A stretch of DNA of 64,000 nt from Pyrinomonadaceae bacterium (GTDB lineage: Bacteria > Acidobacteriota > Blastocatellia > Pyrinomonadales > Pyrinomonadaceae): contig JBGSYG010000018.1 in the NCBI GenBank assembly GCA_041750995.1, positions 18,218-82,217 of the forward strand. Reading direction: 5' to 3'. The notes under the pieces are model-generated. The model searched no databases and was not told where the DNA came from. It saw only the letters and a list, made by a program, of their open reading frames with translations. Of the stretch, positions 42,227 through 50,269 are shown piece after piece. Positions within the stretch are counted from its first letter, which is position 1. Each line of letters opens with the position of its first letter. A program made the position numbers and the translations under genes.

Positions 42227-43312
42227 CTAACCGTTGGTTCGTTCGAATTCTTTCATGAACGAAACCAGGGCAGTCACGCCTTCCCGGGGAAACGCATTGT
42301 AGATGGAGGCTCGGATCCCGCCGACCGAACGGTGCCCCTTCAGTCCATCCAGGCCTTGTGCTGTCGATTCCGCGCAGAACTTCTTCTCCAGCTCTTCAGT
42401 CGGCAAGCGAAAGGTAATGTTCATGATTGAACGCGAATCGGTATCGGCATGGCCTCGATAAAAATCGGTGCTATCAATCGCGTCGTAAATCAACTGGGCC
42501 TTCTCTTCGTTCTCTCGCTGCATTTCCGCGAGCCCGCCTTTCTCCATGATCCATTTGCAGACGAGGCTGATGATGTAAATGCCCCAGGTGTTTGGCGTGT
42601 TGTAGAGAGATTTGTTTTCAACGTGAGTGCGGTAATCGAGCATTGTGTGCAAGCCGTCGGGAATGCGTCCCAATAAATCATCACGCACGATCACTAGTGT
42701 GACGCCGCTCGGACCCATGTTTTTCTGCGCGCCGGCATAAATCAATCCGTACCGATCCACCGGAATCGTGTGAGAAAGAATGTCGGATGAAGCGTCGGCA
42801 ACAAGCGGCACCTCGCCGGCATTTGGTTCCTGCTTCCATTCGACGCCCTCGATGGTTTCATTCGTCGTCAGGTGAAGGTAGGCAGCATGCGGATCGAGAT
42901 TCAATTCGTCGTGAGCAGGAACGCGTGTGAAGCCGCCATCGGCAGTTGTTGCAGCCACCCTCGTGGCGCCGGAGCGCTTCGCTTCTTTGAGGGCTTTCTT
43001 GCCCCAGCTGCCGGTGATGATGTAGTCGGCGCTGCCGGCCGCCGGCAAAAAATTCATCGGTATCATCGAGAACTGCAAACTCGCTCCACCCTGCAAAAAG
43101 AGCACATGATAGTTGTCGGGAATGCTCATCAACTCACGCAGACCTGATTCGGCTCTCGCGAAGATTTCGTCGAACGTTTTCGAGCGATGACTAATCTCCA
43201 TTACTGACATTCCGACGCCCGGCAGGCTCAACATGTCTCGCTGCGCTTCTTCCAGAACGGGCACCGGCAGGACCGCAGGTCCTGCACTAAAGTTGAAAAT
43301 TCGCTCAGTCAT
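42227..43312 (-). CDS. serC: 3-phosphoserine aminotransferase
   Basis: MTERIFNFSAGPAVLP is the typical SerC N-terminus. I placed the start at ATG 43312 (GGAGAA 7 nt upstream); the track start is 43348. Confidence 0.9.
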   Translation of the reverse strand: MTERIFNFSAGPAVLPVPVLEEAQRDMLSLPGVGMSVMEISHRSKTFDEIFARAESGLRELMSIPDNYHVLFLQGGASLQFSMIPMNFLPAAGSADYIITGSWGKKALKEAKRSGATRVAATTADGGFTRVPAHDELNLDPHAAYLHLTTNETIEGVEWKQEPNAGEVPLVADASSDILSHTIPVDRYGLIYAGAQKNMGPSGVTLVIVRDDLLGRIPDGLHTMLDYRTHVENKSLYNTPNTWGIYIISLVCKWIMEKGGLAEMQRENEEKAQLIYDAIDSTDFYRGHADTDSRSIMNITFRLPTEELEKKFCAESTAQGLDGLKGHRSVGGIRASIYNAFPREGVTALVSFMKEFERTNG

Positions 43313-43344
43313 CAATTTTTCTCCGCTGATATTTCTTGCTGGCC

Positions 43345-44130
43345 TCATTTTTCACTCTCTCCAAAACTCTTTCGCATCATCTTGCCCGCAACTCGAACAA
43401 CTAGAGAGCGCGGGACCACTCTCTGCGCTTCCACCATCACGAAGTTACTAAGGCCCGAAATGACATGCCCTTTGCCACGCCCCAACGCCTTCAAGGCGGT
43501 CTCCGCGACCTCATCAGCAGTTTGGGCCGCTCGTGCGGGTGGTTTATGTCCGTGCGCGGCTTCGAAGAAATTGGTGTCGGTCACGCCCGGACACAAAGCC
43601 AGCACTTCGATCCCATGCTGCCGGTTTTCTTCGCCCACTGCTTCGGAAAAGGAAAGTACAAAAGCCTTGGTAGCGGCGTAAGTGGCCATGTAAGGCACCG
43701 GTTGAAAGCCGGCAGTGGAAGCGACGTTGATGATGGTTCCGCGTTTGCGAACTCGCATCGGCGCCAGAAAGAGATAAGTTAGCTCGACCAGTGATTTTAC
43801 GTTGAGATCGATCATGTTCAGCTCGCGTGCCAGATCAAGCTTTCCAAAATCGCCCATCGAACCAAACCCGGCATTGTTTACAAGCATGTCGATTTCCAGT
43901 CCTCGCTTCTCAGTCTCGGCGAAAAGCCGCTCCGCGGAATCCGGTTGTGAAAGATCGAGTACGACGTATTGCGCACGAACCGGGTGATTTCGTCCCAGCT
44001 CGTTGCAGAGTGTCACCAGCTTGTCTTCTGACCGCGCCACGACTAACACGTTGCGCCCGAGCGCGGCTAACCGTCGCGCAAAGGCTTCGCCGATTCCGCT
44101 CGATGCTCCAGTGATCAGGCTTGTATTCAT
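43345..44130 (-). CDS. Short-chain dehydrogenase/reductase (classical SDR)
   Basis: It has the TGASSGIG cofactor motif, NNAG, and the YxxxK motif (YAATK). Confidence 0.9.
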   Translation of the reverse strand: MNTSLITGASSGIGEAFARRLAALGRNVLVVARSEDKLVTLCNELGRNHPVRAQYVVLDLSQPDSAERLFAETEKRGLEIDMLVNNAGFGSMGDFGKLDLARELNMIDLNVKSLVELTYLFLAPMRVRKRGTIINVASTAGFQPVPYMATYAATKAFVLSFSEAVGEENRQHGIEVLALCPGVTDTNFFEAAHGHKPPARAAQTADEVAETALKALGRGKGHVISGLSNFVMVEAQRVVPRSLVVRVAGKMMRKSFGESEK

Positions 44131-44145
44131 TTCAGACTAGAGGCT

Positions 44146-44200
44146 TTAGATCTCAGATTTCAGAAGTTTTCAGATTTAAGATCTGAGATCTCAGATTTTA
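44146..44200. repeat. Heptamer-like array (TCAGATT / AGATCTC words)
   Basis: Read directly. It overlaps the serA stop codon. Confidence 0.75.
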
Positions 44201-45409
44201 GTGGGCTCCCAGTTGCAGCACGTTTAACTCGATAATGTTCGCATTGTCAGCGCGCAAGCGCTCCAGGGTTTTCTCGTCAGGCGCTCTATCAAGATTAATG
44301 CGCGCCACCGCAGCCTCAGCTCCTTCAAACACAATGTTTTCCATCTCCTGCACGTTGATCTGCTCTGCCTTGATCGCCTCCAACACACTTGCCAGCACGC
44401 CCGGGCGATCCTGATGACGCACCACCAGCCGATGCGTCGCCGGAGTCTGCAAAGCCAGGTTCACAACATTCGGTACCTTTCCCGTCTCTTTAAACTCGCG
44501 AATGATGCGCACCGTTTCCGCGGCGATGGCTTCCTGCGCCTGATCGGTGGAAGCACCCACATGATGCGTGCCATACATACTTGCTTCATCTCGAATTGCG
44601 TCGCTGAATTCGCCGGTCGCAGATGTTGGTTCAGCTGCGAACACGTCGAGACCTGCTCTAATACCCCGCGTCTTCATCGCCTCAATAAGCGCAGCTTGAT
44701 CTACGACATCGCCACGCGCTGTGTTAATAAAGTATGCGCCTGGTTTCATGGCTGCTAAAAATTCCGAGCCAATCAGTCCCTTCGTTTGGGGTTTCAAGGC
44801 AAGATGCACACTAACGATGTCTGCTTCGGCGGCAACTTCCTGCGGCGTGGCCCGGAAAGCAACCCCAAGCTCGTCCGCTCGTTCAGGAGTGAGGCTGCGA
44901 CTCCAGGCAATCACCGGCATCCCAAAAGCATGAGCGCGCGGAATCATCTCCTGTCCGATCTTGCCGACTCCAATCAAACCAAGCGTGCGACCGAATAGCC
45001 CTCGCGCTTTGGAAAATTCCTTCTTGTTCCATTCGCCGCGGCGCAAACTAATCACATTGTCGGCAATGCGGCGGTCAAGCGCGAGAATCAACGCAAAGGC
45101 CAACTCGGCTACAGCAATCGAGTTTTTGCCGGGACAATTCGAAACGTAAATGCCTCGCTTCGAAGCGGCGGCTACATCAATGGTGTTGTATCCCGCACCC
45201 GCGCGCACGACCAACTTCACGGAACCGGCATCGAGCATTGGTTCAGTAACTTTGGTTGAGCGCACGACGAGAACATCAGGACGCGTGTCGGCAATCGCCG
45301 CAACGAGGGCCTCGTCCTTTAGGTCAGGTTGGTAGACTACCTCGCACCCCAGCGCCTGCAACCCATCGCGTCCCGACTGTTCAAATTTGTCAGCTATTAG
45401 AACTAACAT
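44198..45409 (-). CDS. serA: D-3-phosphoglycerate dehydrogenase with C-terminal ACT domain
   Basis: It has the 2-hydroxyacid dehydrogenase NAD motif GLIGVGKIG and the catalytic R/E/H contexts. An ACT-like tail follows (HRLVVRHQDRPGVLASV). I placed the start at ATG 45409 (MLVLIADKF); the 62 extra track residues are translated repeat (KSAIGNRQSAIGN). Confidence 0.9.
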   Translation of the reverse strand: MLVLIADKFEQSGRDGLQALGCEVVYQPDLKDEALVAAIADTRPDVLVVRSTKVTEPMLDAGSVKLVVRAGAGYNTIDVAAASKRGIYVSNCPGKNSIAVAELAFALILALDRRIADNVISLRRGEWNKKEFSKARGLFGRTLGLIGVGKIGQEMIPRAHAFGMPVIAWSRSLTPERADELGVAFRATPQEVAAEADIVSVHLALKPQTKGLIGSEFLAAMKPGAYFINTARGDVVDQAALIEAMKTRGIRAGLDVFAAEPTSATGEFSDAIRDEASMYGTHHVGASTDQAQEAIAAETVRIIREFKETGKVPNVVNLALQTPATHRLVVRHQDRPGVLASVLEAIKAEQINVQEMENIVFEGAEAAVARINLDRAPDEKTLERLRADNANIIELNVLQLGAH

Positions 45410-45419
45410 GATTAAATTT

Positions 45420-45610
45420 CCGATCGCCGATTGCCGATTGCCGATTGCCGATTTAATCTTTGGTCTTTGGTCTTCGGTCTTTGGTCTTAGGTTTTGGCGC
45501 CTCACTTCTTGGTTTTGTCCTTCGGTGTTCGCCACCTTTCGCATCATTCTGGAAAACAAAGACTCAAGACCAAAGACCCAATTGGCAATTGGCAATCGCC
45601 AATCTCCAAT
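45420..45610. repeat. Composite mirrored heptamer arrays: left arm 45420-45497 (CGATTGC x4 then GGTCTTT x5), centre 45498-45555, right arm 45556-45610 (AAGACC.. then CAATTGG/CAATCGC..)
   Basis: The right arm is the reverse complement of the left-arm words in mirrored order. Confidence 0.9.
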
Positions 45611-46836
45611 TAGATCTTGTGTATCAACAATCCATCCCGCAGCTTCGGCTCGAACCAGGTCGACTTTGGCGGCATGATCTCACTGGCATCGGAAACTCTC
45701 AGCAGATCGTCAACAGTCGTCGCGTGCAAAGAAAAAGCGACTGCGGCTTTTCCTTCATTCACGAGACGCTCGAGTTCTTTGGTGCCGCGCAAGCCACCGA
45801 CAAAGTCGATTCGCTTATCGGTGCGAACGTCTCCGATTCCGAGGATTGGATCCAACAACCGGTCTTGTAAGACAGACACATCAAGTGAATTCACCAGCCC
45901 TGCCGCGGGCGCTGTGCCCTTACCCAGCCGCAGCTCGTACCAACGGCCGTCGAGATACATGCTCCAGATCTGAGGCTGCGCGGGCGCAGGATTGCCGTTT
46001 TCGACTACGCTGAAAGCCTTTCTTAGTTCCGCCAGAAACGATTCCGCCGTCATCCCATTAAGATCCCTAACCACGCGATTGTAAGGAAGAATCTGCAACT
46101 GATCGTCGGGAAAGATAACGGTAAGAAAGAAGTTGTATTCCTCGTCACCGGTGTGTCCGAAACTTTGATCTCTGAGTTCCGTACGGGCCCGGCTGGCGCT
46201 AGCGGCACGATGATGGCCGTCAGCAATGTAAAGGTAAGGAACTTCGCGAAAGGCCTGAACAAAACGAACCGCATCGGGCACATGCCAGATAGTGTGCTGA
46301 ATCCCATCGTCGGCGGTGAAGTCATAGAGCGGCTTCGTCATCGTCGTCTCAAGCGTCATGTTGTCGATGTCTGGCCGCGCGCGGTATGTGAGAAAGACGG
46401 GACCGGTCTGCGCCTGCAACACCATCATGTGACGAGTCCGATCATCCTCCTTGTCGCGGCGCGTGCGCTCATGCTTGCGAATCAAATCCTGATCGTATTC
46501 GTCAACCGCGCAACAGGCGACGAGGCCTACTTGTTCGTGCTCGCCCATGACCAGCCGGTAAAGATACAAACTGGGAACTTCTTCAGTCTCGAGCGGACAA
46601 GCTGAAATCAGCTGTTGAAAATTCTCGAGTGCTCTGCGGTAAACGGCGTCGCTGTAAAGATCGGTGCCTTCAGGCAAATCGATCTCCGGCCTAGATACAT
46701 GGAGAAAGCTCAGAGGATTACCCGCCGCCAGGGCCGCAGCTTCTTCGCTGTTCACCACGTCATAAGGCACGCTGGAGACTTGCCTGGCCTTTTCCGGGGG
46801 CGGACGCAGAGCACTGAAAGGATGAATGACCGCCAC
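45610..46836 (-). CDS. DUF1015-family protein
   Basis: (M)AVIHPFSALRPPPEKA...VPYDVV is the typical DUF1015 start, and ADGHHR is in the core. I placed the start at GTG 46836 with AGGAGG 5 nt upstream; the track start is 46884. Confidence 0.8.
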   Translation of the reverse strand: MAVIHPFSALRPPPEKARQVSSVPYDVVNSEEAAALAAGNPLSFLHVSRPEIDLPEGTDLYSDAVYRRALENFQQLISACPLETEEVPSLYLYRLVMGEHEQVGLVACCAVDEYDQDLIRKHERTRRDKEDDRTRHMMVLQAQTGPVFLTYRARPDIDNMTLETTMTKPLYDFTADDGIQHTIWHVPDAVRFVQAFREVPYLYIADGHHRAASASRARTELRDQSFGHTGDEEYNFFLTVIFPDDQLQILPYNRVVRDLNGMTAESFLAELRKAFSVVENGNPAPAQPQIWSMYLDGRWYELRLGKGTAPAAGLVNSLDVSVLQDRLLDPILGIGDVRTDKRIDFVGGLRGTKELERLVNEGKAAVAFSLHATTVDDLLRVSDASEIMPPKSTWFEPKLRDGLLIHKI

Positions 46837-46997
46837 CGAATCCTCCTGGGGTCTAGCTCGGGCTGCACAAAGCGGTGACATCAAGACCGCGAGCTGGCCC
46901 GATTACTCTTTGACTTGATTGCTAAGGCTTGAAAACAAGACTATCCGGTCAGGCGCGGTCTTAGCAAGCCGCGACCGATCTGATTGAAGCGTGAGCC

Positions 46998-47234
46998 ATG
47001 ATGGCTGAAAGAGTAAGATGTCCGCTAATGGAAGACCTTACGAGTGATCGGCGCCGTGCCCTCGAAGAGAAGCTGCGAAGTGTTGAGGAAATCTTCGAGC
47101 GGGAGATGCGCCAGCGAGGCTTTGAGCCGGACCAGGCTGAGAACGTCGCATTGCCGACCTCTCTGGCCCGTCTTTACACCCAACGCGAAGCATTGAAAAC
47201 CGAACTGGGCGAGATGATAGGTGGAACTGAATGA
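46998..47234 (+). CDS. Small hypothetical protein (78 aa), helical and charged
   Basis: The ORF ends in ATGA, overlapping the start of the DinB-family gene, which suggests translational coupling. I recognise no family. Confidence 0.45.
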   Translation: MMAERVRCPLMEDLTSDRRRALEEKLRSVEEIFEREMRQRGFEPDQAENVALPTSLARLYTQREALKTELGEMIGGTE

Positions 47235-47704
47235 AAGAGACTGAAAGAATACGCGAACAATTGGAGCGAGCATTCGCCGGCGGAGCGTGGCATGGTCCGG
47301 GCGTCCTGGAGATTCTAGAGAACGTAACAGCCAGCCAGGCGGCAGCAAAGCCAATTGTTGGTGCGCACAGCATTTGGGAACTTGTGCTACACATCAAGGC
47401 ATGGGAAGACGCTTGCCGGCGCCGTCTCAGCGGTGATCGCGCTGAGCTGTCCGATGAAGAAGATTGGCCGCAGGTTAATGAACCCAGCGACGAGGCCTGG
47501 GAGGATACCCTCGCTGCCTTACGAGAAAACCATCAAAAGTTTAGTGATGCGATTGCCTCCGTGGACGAGTCGCGGCTTGACGAGCCCATTCTGGAAGGCA
47601 TGAAGACCGTGTACGCAACTCTTCACGGTGCGGTGCAACACGACCTCTATCACGCGGGACAGATAGCCATCCTGAAGAAAGCTTCAACCGGAGAAACTGT
47701 ATGA
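47231..47704 (+). CDS. DinB-family (DinB_2) four-helix-bundle protein
   Basis: The conserved His positions are in context: WELVLHI, LHGAVQHDLYHAGQI. Confidence 0.8.
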   Translation: MKETERIREQLERAFAGGAWHGPGVLEILENVTASQAAAKPIVGAHSIWELVLHIKAWEDACRRRLSGDRAELSDEEDWPQVNEPSDEAWEDTLAALRENHQKFSDAIASVDESRLDEPILEGMKTVYATLHGAVQHDLYHAGQIAILKKASTGETV

Positions 47705-48024
47705 GCGAGTTAGCTAGTCGTGCCTGTGTTCCTTGTCGCGGCGGCGTGCCGCCACTAAAAGGTGAAGAGATCACGAACCTGCTGGGAGAGCTTAACGAAT
47801 GGTCAGTCGTGAGTGATCATCATCTGAGCAAGCTTTTCAAACTGCGTGACTTCGAGGAAGCGCTTGGGTTTGTAAATCGCGTTGGTGAACTTGCCGAAGA
47901 GCAAGGGCATCATCCCGATATCTGTTTCGGCTGGGGCCGTGTCGAAATCACGATATGGACGCACAAGATTGACGGGCTGACGGAGAGCGATTTCATTCTC
48001 GCAGCGAAGATCGATACGCTTTGA
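47701..48024 (+). CDS. phhB: Pterin-4-alpha-carbinolamine dehydratase
   Basis: CVPCRGG, the HHPD motif (EQGHHPDICFGWGRVEITIWTH) and the length (107 aa) fit. Its ATG overlaps the DinB gene stop. Confidence 0.85.
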   Translation: MSELASRACVPCRGGVPPLKGEEITNLLGELNEWSVVSDHHLSKLFKLRDFEEALGFVNRVGELAEEQGHHPDICFGWGRVEITIWTHKIDGLTESDFILAAKIDTL

Positions 48025-48067
48025 GCCAAGAAGCAGTTGCAAGAGTCGGAAAGCAGCGATCATCACC

Positions 48068-48213
48068 GTCCCGCCAGGGACGAAATGTTTATGAAACTTT
48101 AGGACAACCTTGCGGAACCAGCTCCGTAGGAGCGAATGTTAGCTGTTGCGCCCCGAGTGGGGCGTATTGCCTTGATTGAATCTAATTCTTTAAACACTGT
48201 GCGCCTACGGCGC
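48068..48213. repeat. Cluster of four short GC-hairpin modules with an ATGTTTAT-like tail
   Basis: Three modules read on the plus strand: GTCCC-gcca-GGGAC+gaaatgtttat (48068-48092), GCTCC-gta-GGAGC+gaatgtta (48121-48141) and CGCCCC-gagt-GGGGCG+tattg (48149-48169). The fourth is in the opposite orientation: tttaaacactgt+GCGCC-tac-GGCGC (48189-48213). Confidence 0.75.
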
Positions 48214-48293
48214 TGACTCTTGTCAGAAACCCTTCCCGGAATGTGCCTTTCAGACTTAGTTTCGCCACACTCATTCGCCTCGCCATTGAACAT

Positions 48294-49397
48294 TTACAAC
48301 GCCTCTGAATAGACAGTTTCTGTTTCTGCCACCATCCTCTCGAGGCTAAAGCGCTGCTGCACGTCAGCCTGGGCGTTAGCAGTCATCTCTTTCGTCTTTT
48401 CCGGGTGCGCCAAGAATTCACTGATTACTCGCGACATTTGTCCAATTCCTCCAATGGGAACAAGTATCCCGGTTGTGCCGTCGCGAAGAATTTCTTTCGC
48501 CCCTTCGGTGTCAGTCGCAACGACGGCTGCACCAGCCGCCATCGCTTCTACAATCGCAAGGCCAAACGACTCGCTGTGCGAAGCCGAAACGAAGACATCC
48601 AGAGCGCAGTACAACTCGTTGATATCGTCCATGCCGCCAAGAAGGCGGACCCGGTTTGTGAGTCCGAGTTGCTGAATCAAACGCTCGAGTCGTTGGCGAT
48701 ATGGTTTAGTTGCAGCGCTTTCGGTGCCGGAAACTATGAAGAAAGCTGAGGGCGTCGAGTCGCGCAACTTTGCGGCAGCCTGCAAAAAGTCTTCGTGACC
48801 TTTTAAGACTGTTAGAGTCCCGATGCTGCCCACGAGTGAGCTCTCCATAGGCAGGTCCCGACGGCGACAGAACTCTGCCCGATCGAAACGACTCCGTGCG
48901 TCTGCAATCTTTTTCCAGTTAATCCCATTCTGAATAACCGTGATCTTCTCTGGAGCGATTAGCGCCTGCGCCTGTAGCTCACGCGCAACTGCATGTGAGA
49001 CGGCGATCACTCGCGAAACGTGTGCGAGCGTCACCTTGTGCAGCCGGTTCAAGGGAAACAAGACGTGGCGCGTGACAATCAAGCGTGCACCGGGATTTCT
49101 TCGCACCGCATACGCTGCGAGCGGATAGTCGCGGGCCATGTGCGCGTGAACAATCTCAATCTTGCGAACCGCGACGAGTTTGGCGAGCGAGCTGGCACTG
49201 CGCGCGTCAAGGGCGTTGCGTAGCGGCAACGTCGTGAGGTTTTCACCGGGGAGTTTTAGTTCCGCGAGCAATGGAGACTTAGGACGCACTACTGCGTGAA
49301 CTTCATGACCGCGAGCGGCAAGTGAATTCGCGAGATCGGCGAGGTGACGTTCACCGCCACCAAATGCCTGAGCTGAGCTGATCTGAAGAATTTTCAA
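48294..49397 (-). CDS. GT4-family (GT-B) glycosyltransferase
   Basis: It has the N-terminal GGGERH motif and the C-terminal ESFGLAIVEAMAAGAAVV (EX7E) motif. TTG start. Confidence 0.85.
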   Translation of the reverse strand: MKILQISSAQAFGGGERHLADLANSLAARGHEVHAVVRPKSPLLAELKLPGENLTTLPLRNALDARSASSLAKLVAVRKIEIVHAHMARDYPLAAYAVRRNPGARLIVTRHVLFPLNRLHKVTLAHVSRVIAVSHAVARELQAQALIAPEKITVIQNGINWKKIADARSRFDRAEFCRRRDLPMESSLVGSIGTLTVLKGHEDFLQAAAKLRDSTPSAFFIVSGTESAATKPYRQRLERLIQQLGLTNRVRLLGGMDDINELYCALDVFVSASHSESFGLAIVEAMAAGAAVVATDTEGAKEILRDGTTGILVPIGGIGQMSRVISEFLAHPEKTKEMTANAQADVQQRFSLERMVAETETVYSEAL

Positions 49398-49766
49398 GCT
49401 GCTTTAACCGAAAGGAAACTGTGACCGCAGGGTATGCCGAGACGATTCCACATTACAACCTTGTGTGCTCGTACCCGGATATTGTTTTTGGCCCGTACTG
49501 AACCAAACATTCGTGATTGCTTACAGACACTGCGAAACACTGGAAAAGACACACCGAGTACCGATAAACCAAATGGTTTCTGGGCACAGTGGTTGCAAAC
49601 GTTAATGCTGAGCGGGCAAGCAAAAGGTAAACAAATTTCCAATTCTTTTAGGAGGACATTTCTAGGGCCAAGCCAGCATTAGTTACGGGTCTTTTTAAAA
49701 ATCGCAGCGCCGCGGAGTCAGCCATCGACGGTGGTGCGCATGTGCGTGAATAATCTCTACTTCAAC

Positions 49767-49806
49767 TAAAAATAAAAAGGGCCTGTGGCGAAATTCGCTA
49801 CAGGCC
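49767..49806 (-). terminator. Rho-independent terminator of csbD-like gene (symmetrical, possibly bidirectional)
   Basis: GGGCCTGT (49778-49785) pairs with ACAGGCCC (49799-49806). It is flanked by an A-run on one side and a T-run on the other. Confidence 0.75.
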
Positions 49807-49829
49807 CTCTTTTTCGTTGGTGTGAAAAA

Positions 49830-50042
49830 CTACCTCTTGATTGCGTCGCCGATGTCTTCCACTGTTTCGCCCACCTTCCGTTTGGCGGTGCCGAAGCCTT
49901 CCTGAATATTACCGCTCGCCCGATCGGCATCACCTTCCGCTTCGAGGTCGCGATCATTAATGGCCTTGCCGACTCCTTCTTTGATGGAACCTTTGGCCTG
50001 ATCAAACTTTCCTTCCATCTCGTCTCTGTTTGGTAAACCCAT
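49830..50042 (-). CDS. CsbD-family general stress protein
   Basis: 70 aa. GKFDQAKGSIKEGVGKAINDRDLEAEG is the CsbD signature. GGAGG lies 7 nt upstream of the ATG. Confidence 0.85.
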   Translation of the reverse strand: MGLPNRDEMEGKFDQAKGSIKEGVGKAINDRDLEAEGDADRASGNIQEGFGTAKRKVGETVEDIGDAIKR

Positions 50043-50269
50043 AGTTGAACCTCCGCTATAAAATCAGAGCCGCTGTGATTGACCGGGCGGCCTCCGTTGC
50101 CTTGAACGAGAGCAACGGCCATGCCTTCCGCTAACAAATCCCTTTTCGTTAACTTAAAGCAGGGTTTAGCTGGGCTGAGAGTGCCAGAGCAATAACGAAA
50201 GCTTTCTGACTGTACGTTTCGCAGACTAGCCGAGTGGTCTAACTTGGAACGCTTCGATTGGGTCCGGGG

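Noticed and set aside
45387-45870. ORFs 45387-45677 and 45460-45870 on the plus strand
   Set aside because: They are translations of the mirrored arrays (PIADCRLPIADLIFGLWSSVFGL...) continuing antisense into the DUF1015 gene.
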